DNA of 64,000 nucleotides, taken from an uncultured Nitrospiraceae bacterium. Its GTDB lineage: Bacteria > Hydrogenedentota > Hydrogenedentia > Hydrogenedentales > SLHB01. A model generated the notes under the pieces. That model saw nothing but the letters and a program-made list of their open reading frames with translations. It had not been told where the DNA came from and did no database searches. The stretch lies in the NCBI GenBank assembly GCA_964402555.1, contig CAYOCT010000039.1, positions 615 to 64,614 of the forward strand, read 5' to 3'. A program made the translations under genes and the position numbers. Below are positions 17,263 to 29,144 of this stretch, piece after piece (position 1 is the first letter of the stretch; the number at the start of each line of letters is the position of its first letter).

Positions 17263-19854
17263 TTAGGCTGGTCGCGCGGGCCGGGGACGTAAGACCCATA
17301 GGGCCGCGCAAGCCACGATCCCCGCGAACGCGGACAGCGCGCCGCCCACGTAGATCGACTTCGGACGAAACGCGAACACTACTCGGTGGGAGCCGGGCGG
17401 AACGACAATCCCCTTGAATACGTCGTCCGAGCGCAGAATAGGTACGGGCCGTCCATCGACGGAGGCCATCCATCCGGGATAGGCCGCATCGAGAAACGTC
17501 AGAATGCGCGCGCTATCGAGCGGGCCGACGTCGAGCGTAGCATGGTTGGCGCTACGCGACTGAATCCGGATCAACCCGTCTTCGTCGCCTTCGTCGGCCA
17601 TTGCGTAACCCTGCGTGAACTGTATCTTGCCGCCTTGCTTGGCGGGCTCGATGGTGATATCGGCGCGCGCGTCCGCAAAATCGGGCATAGGCACGCGGAT
17701 TATTCCTTCCCTATCGCCTGTGGCAGGCATCCTGGCGTGGTGGCCCCATTGGGAGCGTCCCGAGGAGGTCTCCGTGAACCGCGTCTTCACCGTAAGCGCG
17801 CACGTGCTCTTGTAGCGGAGGACGAGCGTGCCGTGCACGGCTCCCGCCGGGCCAGCCTCACGTCCCTCGGTGCGGGCAGGCAGATCGACGGTAACCGATT
17901 TGCGGAACGGACCTTTCGCGTCAACGGGCCTGCACAACGTCTCGTCCCCATGCAGCGCGATTTGGCGCGTTCGCTCGGTACACGAATCGTTCGGCAGGGC
18001 AGCCCGCTGGACTTCAGGGACTTCGCTCACGTTCGCCTCAGGGAGGAAGACCGTGGATGCCGACGGGAACAGCGTTTCCTTGTCCGGCAAGGCGCCTCTC
18101 ACCCATTGGCGCGCCAGCCAGAACGAGCGCTTGAGAAAGAGATTGCCGCGCTGGTTCTCCGCCGTCGGTTCCCAGTCGGTGACGAGACGGTGATACTCCT
18201 TGGCGCGAGGCCCGCCACTGACGATCTCGCGCATCGTGGCGAGGTGCATCGGGTCCACGCCGTTCATGGCGAAGCGCATGGCATACAAGAACCGGTTCGC
18301 GATGGGATCGCAGTCGCGCGTGTTGTCTTGCGGAAACGCGACGGCCCGGTTGCGCAACGGCGGATCCTCTTTGAAGTGCCGCCCAATCATGTAAGGGATG
18401 TATTGGTGGTTCCACGCGAACATCTCCGCGAACACGATTGCAACCAGCAGCGCCGCGAGTATCGGCCGCGCGCGCTCGGGCATCGGTACCCATCCCGCGA
18501 CAATCGCGACGGCGGCAACGATCGCGGGCAAACCAACGACGAGCGCATGGGACACAGGCAGGTAGTAACCCGCCCCGGTCCAGCGCGCGAGAGGAATCAG
18601 CGTCACGGCTGCGGCGGCAATCATGACCGCGCTACGAATCGCTTTGCTCCACACGCGCGGCACGGGTTCGGTGATTGCGTCCAGGCCCAGGCCCGCGAGC
18701 AGGCTCATGGGAAGCAGCGCAAAATCGTAAGCACGCGAGTAGGCGGATTGCGAGAACGGGGTCAATAGTTTGACGAGGGTGGCAAACGGCAGCGGCGGCC
18801 CGAGCGTGCAATCGAACAGGATGGCATACATCGCGCCGAAGACGGCCACGGTGCGCCAGCGCGCGCGCCGCGTAAACGCGGCGACGGCCAGCAGCAAGAC
18901 CGCGACACCGGAGCCGCGTAGCGTTTCAGCCTCGTAACGCATCCCGGCGAAGACGACGAAGCTTTGGTAGAAGCGGGTCAGCGTCCAGCGCAACAGGTCG
19001 GAATACATGGGTACCACAGCGCCTTTGCCGCGGCTTGTAAACGCGGAGTACTCCGCGGTGGGAAGCAGCAGCACGCTGGCGATCAGTCCACCCACGACGA
19101 ACAGCAGCGCAAGCGCGCACAAGTCACGCGCCCACAACCGTGGCAGGCCGGTTTCGGGATCGCCCGGGTTTCTCGGGTGTAGCACGCGGTAGAAGAAGGC
19201 GTAGGTCCCGATTGTTACGCCCATACAGTTGGCGATTTGGATGAACCCCCCGAGAATGCTCAAGCCCAGCAGGAGTCCCGCGCCGACCGCGTAGTAGACT
19301 TTGGGGCGTATCCGCGGCGCGTCGAGGCCGCGCTTCACGAGCAGCAGGATCAGCGGCAGCCACGCCATCGTCGTGATGAAGTGGTATTCGCACGCGCGGC
19401 GCACCATCAGCGCGCTGCACGTGAACGCTAGAGCCGAGAGTATCGATGCAGCCCAGCTCATGCGGTGCGCCCGCGCAAACAGCGCCGTGCACACTCCCAT
19501 GAAGATGAGATGGAGGCCGATCATCACGACCCAGCCCGCCTGCGTCGCATAGGGTGTCGGGTGGATGTTGAGCAGGCTCCGCAGCAGGTTCGGCGGATAG
19601 AACAGAAACGCCTGCGGATTGGCCGCGAGAGGAATCCCGCAAAACGTCAGCGGATTCCACAGCGGGAGTTCGCCGTGATGGATCGAGTAATCGATGAAGA
19701 AACTGATCGGCCCGTAGTAGCGGAACACATCGTAGCGCCCCGCGATGGTGGCCGGGTCGGCCGTCAGCACATGCGAGAATGTGCAAAGAACGGCCAGCGC
19801 CACCAATGCCGCAACGCCCGCAAGGCTCAACCATCGCTTCGTTCCGTTACTCAT
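17263..19854 (-). CDS. YfhO-family membrane protein (GT-C fold)
   Basis: ELPLWNPLTFCGIPLAANPQAFLFYPP, many TMs, C-terminal DAAYPGWMASVDG...FKGIVVPPGSHRVVFAFRP. Confidence 0.85.
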   Translation of the reverse strand: MSNGTKRWLSLAGVAALVALAVLCTFSHVLTADPATIAGRYDVFRYYGPISFFIDYSIHHGELPLWNPLTFCGIPLAANPQAFLFYPPNLLRSLLNIHPTPYATQAGWVVMIGLHLIFMGVCTALFARAHRMSWAASILSALAFTCSALMVRRACEYHFITTMAWLPLILLLVKRGLDAPRIRPKVYYAVGAGLLLGLSILGGFIQIANCMGVTIGTYAFFYRVLHPRNPGDPETGLPRLWARDLCALALLFVVGGLIASVLLLPTAEYSAFTSRGKGAVVPMYSDLLRWTLTRFYQSFVVFAGMRYEAETLRGSGVAVLLLAVAAFTRRARWRTVAVFGAMYAILFDCTLGPPLPFATLVKLLTPFSQSAYSRAYDFALLPMSLLAGLGLDAITEPVPRVWSKAIRSAVMIAAAAVTLIPLARWTGAGYYLPVSHALVVGLPAIVAAVAIVAGWVPMPERARPILAALLVAIVFAEMFAWNHQYIPYMIGRHFKEDPPLRNRAVAFPQDNTRDCDPIANRFLYAMRFAMNGVDPMHLATMREIVSGGPRAKEYHRLVTDWEPTAENQRGNLFLKRSFWLARQWVRGALPDKETLFPSASTVFLPEANVSEVPEVQRAALPNDSCTERTRQIALHGDETLCRPVDAKGPFRKSVTVDLPARTEGREAGPAGAVHGTLVLRYKSTCALTVKTRFTETSSGRSQWGHHARMPATGDREGIIRVPMPDFADARADITIEPAKQGGKIQFTQGYAMADEGDEDGLIRIQSRSANHATLDVGPLDSARILTFLDAAYPGWMASVDGRPVPILRSDDVFKGIVVPPGSHRVVFAFRPKSIYVGGALSAFAGIVACAALWVLRPRPARPA

Positions 19855-19878
19855 CTTCCTGCATTCCATTTCTCAACA

Positions 19879-19917
19879 TCGTGATCGTAGTCGTGATCGT
19901 GGTCGTAATCGTAATCG
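19879..19917. repeat. Solo hexamer array of the (TCGTRR)n family
   Basis: tcgtgatcgtagtcgtgatcgtggtcgtaatcgtaatcg, same units as 4174-4320. Confidence 0.8.
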
Positions 19918-19928
19918 AATGAGCAAAC

Positions 19929-20798
19929 TCACCCCTTGACCGCATATACCGTCATCAAGTCATAGAGATTCAGAGGAAACGCCGTGTTCAGCACGCCCAG
20001 CCGTTTCAACGCCGCGTAGCATGCGCTTCCACCCGGCACGTTCGACCGGCACAGCAAATGGCTAGCCACCGCGTCGACACTGCGCCAGAACGCGAGATGG
20101 CGAATCTCAATCGACCGAAACCCGGCGCGTTCGAGCAATACCGTCATCGAATGCGCGGAGAAGTAGTGCAAGTGCGTCGGTGGATGGATTAGCCGCCACT
20201 TCGGGCCGCGGAACCGGGCCATCCACGATCCGATGTCGCCCGTGCTCAACGCAATCAGGCCTCCGGGGCGCAATTCGCGATGGGCCTTCTCGATGTACCG
20301 GTGCGGCTCCTGAAGATGCTCGACGGTGTCCCAGAGGCAGACGACGTCGTGCGGTCCACCGTCCGGTTCGTTCACGTAATCGCAGCAGCGGACATCGAGG
20401 CCAAAACGGTCGCGCGCGGCCTGCGACGCATCGGCCGAAATGTCGCATCCCGCCACGCGGAAATGGTCCGACGCTTCATTCAGGAAGTAGCCGTAGGCCG
20501 CGCCTATTTCCCAGAGCGATGCGCCCTTGGGATAGCGCCGCGCGAGTTCGCGGACACGCGCGCGGAAGTTGCGGCGCAAGGCGGGCGCTTCGAGTTCGTA
20601 GTCGCGGTACTCTTCGCCCTTGAAATACTTCGCGGAATACAACGCCCGGATCGATTCCGGGTCGAGCCGCATGTCGGCCCAGACATGGCCGCACGCGCTG
20701 CAGCGGCACAGGGCCTGCAAATGGGGTTCGGCGTCAAGCCCCCCGCAACAGATGCACGCGGGGTCACGGCCTGGCATCGTCGCGGCGCTTTCGTACAA
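19929..20798 (-). CDS. Class I SAM-dependent methyltransferase with N-terminal Cys-rich (Zn-ribbon-like) segment
   Basis: CICCG/CSACG, WEIGAAYG, WDTVEHL, HPPTHLHYF. Confidence 0.88.
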   Translation of the reverse strand: MYESAATMPGRDPACICCGGLDAEPHLQALCRCSACGHVWADMRLDPESIRALYSAKYFKGEEYRDYELEAPALRRNFRARVRELARRYPKGASLWEIGAAYGYFLNEASDHFRVAGCDISADASQAARDRFGLDVRCCDYVNEPDGGPHDVVCLWDTVEHLQEPHRYIEKAHRELRPGGLIALSTGDIGSWMARFRGPKWRLIHPPTHLHYFSAHSMTVLLERAGFRSIEIRHLAFWRSVDAVASHLLCRSNVPGGSACYAALKRLGVLNTAFPLNLYDLMTVYAVKG

Positions 20799-21750
20799 GA
20801 TAGACGGGACGGCGCTTCTGTTCCGTAAACATCCGCGCGAGGTATTCGCTGGCGATCCCGATCGCGAACAACTGCGCGCCGCCGAGCATCATCGTCAGCA
20901 GGATCATGCTGGTCCATCCCGGCGCGATCGCCTTGCCGGCAATTAGGCAGACGATAATGAACGCCGCATAAACGGCCGCCGCGGCCAGCACGAGCAGGGC
21001 CATCAGGAAGCTCAGGCGTAACGGACGGACCGAGAAACTGGTGATCCCGTTGAACGCGAACCGCACCATCTTGAAAAGGCTGTACTTGGTCTCACCCGCG
21101 AGTCGTTCCGGCGCCTCGAACTCGACATACGCGCGCGTGTAGCCGACCCAATGCACGAGACCGCGCAGGAAGCGGACATGCTCGGGCAACCCGTTCAACG
21201 CGTCGACGACCTGCCGGTCCATCAGCCGGAAATCTGCCGCGCCTTCCGGAACGTCGATGTCCGCGAGCAGGTTCATCACGCGATAGAATCCGCGCGAGGT
21301 TGCTCGCTTCGCGGGCGTCTCGTGCGCCGTGTGCAGGCGAATCGTCTGGACGATATCCGCCCCATCCTCCCACCGCGCGACCAACTCCGGGATTAGCTCC
21401 GGCGGGTGCTGCCCGTCGGCATCGAGGCACACCACCGCGCCCGATGCCTCCGCCGCCTCGAGGCCCGCGGTGAGCGCGGCCATATGCCCGAAGTTCCGCG
21501 AAAGGTGAATGACTCGGATGCGCGCGTCACCCTCAGCAAGCGCATCGAGGGCCGCGTCCGTGCCGTCCGTACTGCCGTCATCGACCCACAGGACCTCGAA
21601 CGGTTTCCCAAGCTTCTCCCCCACCGCCACCAGCCGCGCCGACAACACGCCGACATTCGCCGCCTCGTTGCATGCAGGCAGCACAAACGAAAACACAGGA
21701 ATCTCGGAGGATGGCCTCACGCCGTAATCGACCCTTCCGCGCCGCTCCAT
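20764..21750 (-). CDS. Glycosyltransferase family 2, GtrB/ArnC-like (polyprenol-phosphate sugar synthase)
   Basis: VLPACNEA, VDDGSTD, SRNFGHMAALTAG, DADGQHPPE, DFRLMDR, two C-terminal TMs. Exact start uncertain. Confidence 0.9.
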   Translation of the reverse strand: MERRGRVDYGVRPSSEIPVFSFVLPACNEAANVGVLSARLVAVGEKLGKPFEVLWVDDGSTDGTDAALDALAEGDARIRVIHLSRNFGHMAALTAGLEAAEASGAVVCLDADGQHPPELIPELVARWEDGADIVQTIRLHTAHETPAKRATSRGFYRVMNLLADIDVPEGAADFRLMDRQVVDALNGLPEHVRFLRGLVHWVGYTRAYVEFEAPERLAGETKYSLFKMVRFAFNGITSFSVRPLRLSFLMALLVLAAAAVYAAFIIVCLIAGKAIAPGWTSMILLTMMLGGAQLFAIGIASEYLARMFTEQKRRPVYLVRKRRDDARP

Positions 21751-21929
21751 CGGGCGCCTACCACGAATCCAGTCTATCCCAGCCCCAGCGTCAATTCAAC
21801 GCAACGGCAGCCTGACCGCGGACGGTCCGTCCAGCGTTTCGGCAGGCACTTGCGGAAAATGGCTCTTTTCGTTTATTCTTACTATGGATAGGTAGAATGC
21901 CTCGATAGGGCAACCGAAAGGCGAAAGAC

Positions 21930-22229
21930 GTGCGCTTCAAACAGATAGGGCGTTACGTGCTGGTGCTTGCGCTGGCCCTGGGATTGACGGGCGTGTATAT
22001 CAACCGACGCAACCTGGTCGGACGCTATCTGGAACATGAGCGGCGGGCCGTCCAACTCCAGAATGCGCAGGACAAACGCAAGGACCTCGAAAAGCGTATC
22101 GACGCTTCGCAGGATCATGTCGAGCACTTGGGCAGCGATCCGGTCGAGCTGGAAGACGCTATCCGGCGCACGGAGAACCGCGTCCGTGAGGGCGAAAAGG
22201 TCTACCGTATCGAGCAAGCGCCAAAGTAA
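21930..22229 (+). CDS. ftsB: Septum formation initiator FtsB/DivIC family
   Basis: Short N-terminal TM, coiled coil, DPVELEDAIR...GEKVY end. Confidence 0.75.
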   Translation: MRFKQIGRYVLVLALALGLTGVYINRRNLVGRYLEHERRAVQLQNAQDKRKDLEKRIDASQDHVEHLGSDPVELEDAIRRTENRVREGEKVYRIEQAPK

Positions 22230-22290
22230 CGGGGCCGGCGGGCCATGGAGCGGCCCGGACAGCCTCCATATGTAGGAGTTATATAAAAAC

Positions 22291-23279
<989 letters not shown>

Positions 23280-23283
<4 letters not shown>

Positions 23284-25784
23284 GACTTCCCAAGTTCGGC
23301 CGCAAGAAGCCGCGGTCTTACGCGGCGCTGTTTCGCGAACCTCCCGCGCCGGTAAAGTCCGCATCGCCATGGCGCGGCATCGAATGGCTGTGGCTGGGCG
23401 CGGCCCTGGTGGTCTGTGTGGCGGCCGTGACCAAGCCGCCCGATTTCTCCCGCAAGGTGGTGGGATACGACATCGAATCGCAATCCGTGGCGCTTGACGA
23501 AGTGCGCGCGGACATCTACTTCGAGACCGAAGACCTGCGGGCCACGAAAGAGGCGCGGGATGAAGCCGCGGCCAAGATCCCCGACACGTATCGCGTCGAT
23601 CGCGATCGCGTGGAGGAGCAGTTGCGCCGGCTGGACGACCGTATCATGGCGCTGCTCGCCCAACAGGACCAAGTTGGCCAGGCCGTGCGGCAGGCCCTGA
23701 AGACCTCCGCCTCGGACCAACAAGAATCGGATGTCGTGGCGAAGGCCATCGCGGATTACGCCGCAACGCTTCAACAGGACCCGGCATGGCAAAATGCTGG
23801 CAGCGCGGCATCGCTGGCCTTGTGGCTGATGCCGGCGCCTGAGTGCTTGCCGCATCGCGAATTTGCGACGCCATCCAGGAACACGAACCGGGGAACGGCG
23901 GGCGCGCCGGCCGTATCGCTAGTCGAACCCGAGGCGGCGTCGTTCAAGTTTGCCTACGCGGGGGAGTTGGCTAAATTGGCGAAGGACGGCCTCGAATACG
24001 TGCTGACCTACGGCGTCAGGCCGCTGGGCAAGGCCGAGAATGCCACCAAAACCACCATCACCGTCGTACGCGAAACCCCCGTGGGCGATCTGAAAGTCAG
24101 CGAGGATCTCCCGTGGACCAAAGTGCCCACGGCCACGGAAGCCGCCACGATGTTGAACGACCGCATTCGCGCGACGGCGCGCACAATGGCCGCCAAGCCG
24201 TCGGAACAGCCCATCGACTGGGCGCGCGCGCAGGACGCGGCGTTCGAGATGGCAAAGTCGGGCATCGCCGATACGTTGTCGTTTGACGAGGTCTTTACCG
24301 AAGGCGCACGCGAACGCGCCCGGCTCGCGGTGCCTGCCGTGATGAAGGAAGTGCAGCCCGGCGAGGTGATCCAGCGCAGCGGCGATCGTTGGTCGGCCCA
24401 GAGCCGCTCGGATGTGCGCACCTATTGGACCAAACTGCGCGAGCATCAGGAACCGAGGTCGCGCGCGCTGGCGATGGCCGTGGCCCACGCCCTGTTGGTC
24501 GCGATGTGCTTCCTGAGCCTCGCGCGAGCCGTCACGTTTCTGACGCGCGACCACGAGTTCATCCGGCGCAACATGAACCTTTCGCTGCTCCTCCTCGCGG
24601 CAACGCTGGTACTCGGGCGTGTCGTGTCCTATTTCGAGCCGTCCGGGTTCGTCATGCCGACGGCCGCCGTGGCCATTCTGGTAGCGATCCTCGTGAACCC
24701 GCGCATTGCGGTGATGACCGGGATGCTGGCTGCGATGCTGGTGTCGGTTCAGTTCGGGTACGACTGGCGCATCCTGGTGGTGGGGGGCGCAATGTCGCTC
24801 GCGGGGGCCTTCAGCACGTACGTCGTGCGGCGCCGCAGCGACATGACCAACGCCTCGCTCAAGGCCACCGTGGCGGGCGTGCTCGTGATGATCGCCATCA
24901 GCCTCGCGATGGAATCGCCCGTCGGCGAGGCCGCGATACGCAGGTGCTGCCTGGTGCTTCTGAGCGGCGGCGCGTGCCTGCTGCTTGTGCCCGGCGTGCT
25001 GTCGCCCCTGGAACGCCTTTTCGGCATCACGACCGACATCCAGTTGCTCGAGTACTCGGATCTCAACAACGAACTGTTGAGCCGGCTTGCCATCGAGACG
25101 CCTGCGACCTACGCCCATTCGTTGATGCTCGGCCAAATCGCCGAGGCCGCAGCGGAGGCGATCGGCGCGAACGGCCTGCTCGCGCGGGTGTGCGCGTATT
25201 ACCACGACATCGGCAAGCTGCACCGGCCGGACTACTTTTCCGAGAACCAGACGGGATTTAACGTGCACGACGAACTCCCGCCGCGCATGAGCGCGCGCGC
25301 CATCGCCACGCACGTATCCGACGGCGTCCAGATCGCGCACGAGTTCCATCTGCCGAAACCCATCGTCGACGGCATCGTCGAGCATCACGGCACCTGCTTG
25401 ATCAGCTTCTTCTACCAACAGGCCGTGGAACAGCACAAGCATCGCGACGTCAACGAGCAGGACTTCCGTTATCCGGGGCCGAAACCCCAGAGCCGCGAGA
25501 CCGCCATCCTCATGATCTGCGACGCCGTCGAATCCGGCGTGCGTTCGATCAAGAATCCCAACGAGGAGCGCATCCGCGAATTCGTCGACAAGATCATCGT
25601 GAGCCGGTCGAACGATCGCCAGTTCGACGAGTGCGAATTGACCTTGAAAGACCTCGATACGATCAAGGACGTGGTGGCGCGCCGCGTGATTACGGCACTG
25701 CACGCGCGCATCGCCTATCCGCCCGAAAAGAAACCGGAGAAACGCGCGGACAATGTCATCACGTTGTCCGGAGGGTCGAAGTAG
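23280..25784 (+). CDS. 7TM-HD (HDIG) domain phosphohydrolase, PgpH-like
   Basis: Large extracellular domain, 7 TM region, TYAHS, YYHDIGK, EHHGT, YPGPKP, ICDAVES. Confidence 0.9.
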
Positions 25785-25806
25785 GCCTGCTGACGGAGGC
25801 GCCGCC

Positions 25807-26310
25807 ATGCTGCATATCACGTTCAGGAACGACTCGACGCGCAAGGCTCTGTATCGCTCGGACCAACTTCGGCGGCTGGCCGCGCGCATCTGTGAAGGCG
25901 AAGGCTTCGACGGCGAGGCGGAAGTTTCGGTCGTATTCTGCGACAACCCCTTTGTCCAGGAACTCAACCGCGCGTATCGCAAGAAGAACGCGCCAACGGA
26001 CGTGCTGTCGTTCGGCTACGATCCCGCGGGACACCCTGCTCCCGTATCCACGGATTGCACGCCGTGCCGCGTCTTGGGCGATATCGTGATTTCGCTAGAG
26101 ACCGTGGAAGAACGCTCGCCGGGCAACCGCGACGCGATGCGCGGCGAAGTCCGGCTGCTGTTTTGCCACGGTATCTTGCACCTGCTGGGATTTTGCCACG
26201 GCACAGAACGCGAGCGCACCCGCATGGCCGAGAAGCAGGCGCTCTACCTGGGCGTCGATGCCGAGGCCGCGTGGGGCCGCCGTCCCGTTCGCGCCGCGAA
26301 GCGGCGGTAA
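25807..26310 (+). CDS. ybeY: rRNA maturation endoribonuclease YbeY
   Basis: LNRAYRKKNAPTDVLSF, LGDIVIS, HGILHLLGFCH. Confidence 0.95.
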   Translation: MLHITFRNDSTRKALYRSDQLRRLAARICEGEGFDGEAEVSVVFCDNPFVQELNRAYRKKNAPTDVLSFGYDPAGHPAPVSTDCTPCRVLGDIVISLETVEERSPGNRDAMRGEVRLLFCHGILHLLGFCHGTERERTRMAEKQALYLGVDAEAAWGRRPVRAAKRR

Positions 26311-26397
26311 GGCCCCGGCAATGACGATTGCGTCTCCCGCAGCGACTGGGTATTATCGGAACGTGCTCATGCGGCCAACCTGGATGGAATCGGAGGG

Positions 26398-27840
26398 ATG
26401 AGTCTGCGCCCCGGCTTACAGGGTCCTACGCGCCATGCCCGCGCGGTCTTTTGGGTGTTGCCCCTAGCCGCCGTAGCCTTGCTGGCCGGGTACGCCGCGC
26501 CGGGCGCCGCGGATGCGCCCTCGGCGCACGGCCTCAAGCCGTGGTACGAATTCCTGCCGGGCTACGTCATCGCGATTGTGGCGTGTCTCTTGGGCTTGTC
26601 AGCCTTCTTCTCCTCATGCGAGACCGCCTTTTTGTCGATTCAGAAGACGCGGTTGCGCGGCATGCGCGAGGAAGAGTCGTTCACGGCGCGTTGGGTCGTG
26701 CGGATGCTCGACGATCCGGCCCGTCTGTTGACCACCATTCTCGTCGGAAACATGCTGGTCAACACGTTGACGGGCGTGGTCCTCGGCACGCGCGTAAAGG
26801 ACCTCTTCGAGTTTTCGCTCGGCATGCCCGCGCCGGCGGCCTACGCGCTTGCCATTGGAGTGACAACCTTGGTATTGCTGTTCTTCGGCGAGATCACGCC
26901 GAAGGTCTTCGCCGTTCGCGCACGCGAGACGTATGCCCGCTGGGCGGTGGTCCCGTTGATAGCGGCGGACTCGATGATTGCCCCCGTACGCAAATCGCTC
27001 CTGCGGCTGACGGACTTCCTGTTTCAGATCACACGTTTTCACGAACTGCGTGCCGCGCCGTTCATCACCGAAGACGAACTGAAGGCGGCCATCGCGGACG
27101 AGCAGACGCACGCCGTGATCGAGGAAGAGGGCCGCGAGATGATCCGCCGCATCCTCGAATTCCGCGATGTGCAGTTGAGCGAGATCCTGGTGCCGCGTCC
27201 GGACATTGTGGCGCTGCCGGAAGACGCGACGGTCGCCGAAGCGCACGCGCTGTTTCGCGAGTACGAGTACTCGCGCATCCCGATCTTCGACGAAGACCTC
27301 GATCACATCACCGGTATTCTCTCGGTGAAGGACCTCATTCCGCGTCTTTCCGAAAACGAGTTGAGCCGGCCCGTGAAGGCGTTCGTGCGCCCGCCGCATT
27401 TCGTGCCGGCCACGGTGAGCGTTCAGGATTTCATCAAGGAAGTCCAGCGGCTTCGCGCGCATCTCGCCATCGTCGTGGACGAGTACGGCGGCACGAAGGG
27501 CATCGTCACGCTGCACGACGCCATCGAACAGGTCGTGGGAGATATCCGCGACGAAGATGACGACGACCAGCCCGAGTACGAACAACTCGGCGAAGGCGTG
27601 TATCGCGTCAAGGGCAGTCTTTCGCTGGACGACTTGAGCGCGCTGATCCACGTAACGCTCGACGACGAGGAACACAACACGGTGTCGGGATTCGTCATGC
27701 ATCTGTCCGAAAAAGTGCTGGCCGTGGGCGACCAGATCCGCTACGAAGGCATCCTGTTCACGGTCGAGAAGACGGACGGCAACCGCGCTACGACGGTACG
27801 GCTCGAAGTCCCGCACGATACGGCGGAGGACGCCTCATGA
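26398..27840 (+). CDS. CNNM/CorC (hemolysin-like) transporter, DUF21+CBS+CorC
   Basis: FFSSCETAF, FGEITPK, YSRIPI, VVDEYGGTKGIVT, CorC C-terminus. Confidence 0.92.
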   Translation: MSLRPGLQGPTRHARAVFWVLPLAAVALLAGYAAPGAADAPSAHGLKPWYEFLPGYVIAIVACLLGLSAFFSSCETAFLSIQKTRLRGMREEESFTARWVVRMLDDPARLLTTILVGNMLVNTLTGVVLGTRVKDLFEFSLGMPAPAAYALAIGVTTLVLLFFGEITPKVFAVRARETYARWAVVPLIAADSMIAPVRKSLLRLTDFLFQITRFHELRAAPFITEDELKAAIADEQTHAVIEEEGREMIRRILEFRDVQLSEILVPRPDIVALPEDATVAEAHALFREYEYSRIPIFDEDLDHITGILSVKDLIPRLSENELSRPVKAFVRPPHFVPATVSVQDFIKEVQRLRAHLAIVVDEYGGTKGIVTLHDAIEQVVGDIRDEDDDDQPEYEQLGEGVYRVKGSLSLDDLSALIHVTLDDEEHNTVSGFVMHLSEKVLAVGDQIRYEGILFTVEKTDGNRATTVRLEVPHDTAEDAS

Positions 27841-29144
27841 CCGTGTTCGCGCCGCTGGCCATCTTCCTTGCCGCCCTGATCCTGCAGGGGCTGTTCGCGG
27901 GATACGAAACGGGGTTCATTTCCGCGAATCCGATCCGCGTGCGCTACCTCGCCGAGGAAGAGGGGTCGCGCCGCGCCCGGCGCCTGCTGCGGTATATCGA
28001 GAAGCCGGATCAGATGCTGACCATGCTGCTGATCGGCACAAACGTCATGGTGGTCACGTGCACGCTGGTGGTGTCGTTCGAGGTCACGTACTTGGATCGG
28101 TACCTCCCCGAGCGGTACGTCGGTTTGGTCGACAACATCGTCTCCACGGCAGTGGTCGCGCCCATCATGCTGGTGTTCTCGGAAATCCTCCCGAAGAGCG
28201 TGTTCCGTACGCATCCCACGCGGCTGTCGCTCGCGTTGCTGCCGGTGATCGAGGGGTTCTACGCGATCTTCTTTCTGCTCGCGGCGCCGTTGTCGTGGGC
28301 TACGCGCGGGCTGCTCCGGTTGTTCGGAGGCGAACACATCCATATCAGCCCGCTGATGACGTCGATCGAGGAACTGCGCAATCTCGTCGACGAGGGGCTT
28401 GACCACGGCGCCATCGAACGCGACGAGCAGGAAATGATCCATTCCGTCATCGATATGCAGGACATGACGGCGAAGGAGATCATGGCGCCGCGGATCGCCA
28501 TCGAGGCGCTGCCCGACACCGCCACGCGAAGTGAGCTGGTCCGCTTGTTTGTCGATACAGGCCGCACGCGCATCCCGGTTTACCACGAGACCATCGACAA
28601 GATCATCGGCGTCGTAAGCGCCTACGCGATCCTGCGCGACAACGAACCGGACAACGAGGATATTTCGCGGTTCGTGCGCGAGGTCAAGCACGTGCCCGAT
28701 ACCATGAAGGTAGATGACCTCTTCCGCGAACTCAAGAAGGTGCGGCAGCATCTCGCCATCGTCACCGATGAGTATGGCGGCACGGACGGACTCGTCACCA
28801 TCGAGGATATCCTCGAGGAGATTTTCGGCGAGATCCAGGACGAGCACGACAACGAGGAAAGCCCCATTCACAAACTTGGGCCGCGGGCCTTCGTGGTGGA
28901 TGCGCGGACTTCCATCGAAGACCTGTCGGAAGCCACGGGCGTCGAGATCGTGGACGAGGATGTCGAGACCGTGGGCGGCTGGCTGATGCATCTCGCCGGC
29001 CACATCCCCATGCAGGGCGAAGTCATCATGCACGAGCGATTTCGAGTGACGGTCCTCGCGGGCGGGCCGAACTACGTCTCGAAGATGCGCGTCGAGATTC
29101 TGCCTCCCGCTGAGGATTCCAAATCCCAGATACCGGCGCCATGA
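27837..29144 (+). CDS. Second CNNM/CorC transporter paralog
   Basis: [44 protein letters not shown]. Confidence 0.92.
   Translation: MTVFAPLAIFLAALILQGLFAGYETGFISANPIRVRYLAEEEGSRRARRLLRYIEKPDQMLTMLLIGTNVMVVTCTLVVSFEVTYLDRYLPERYVGLVDNIVSTAVVAPIMLVFSEILPKSVFRTHPTRLSLALLPVIEGFYAIFFLLAAPLSWATRGLLRLFGGEHIHISPLMTSIEELRNLVDEGLDHGAIERDEQEMIHSVIDMQDMTAKEIMAPRIAIEALPDTATRSELVRLFVDTGRTRIPVYHETIDKIIGVVSAYAILRDNEPDNEDISRFVREVKHVPDTMKVDDLFRELKKVRQHLAIVTDEYGGTDGLVTIEDILEEIFGEIQDEHDNEESPIHKLGPRAFVVDARTSIEDLSEATGVEIVDEDVETVGGWLMHLAGHIPMQGEVIMHERFRVTVLAGGPNYVSKMRVEILPPAEDSKSQIPAP

Noticed and set aside
23919-25982. 687-aa antisense ORF (also 52213..54195, 56634..58820, 17386..18768, 1539..2669 and similar)
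   Set aside because: Shadow ORFs of well-supported genes, as expected in GC-rich DNA; no recognisable motifs.
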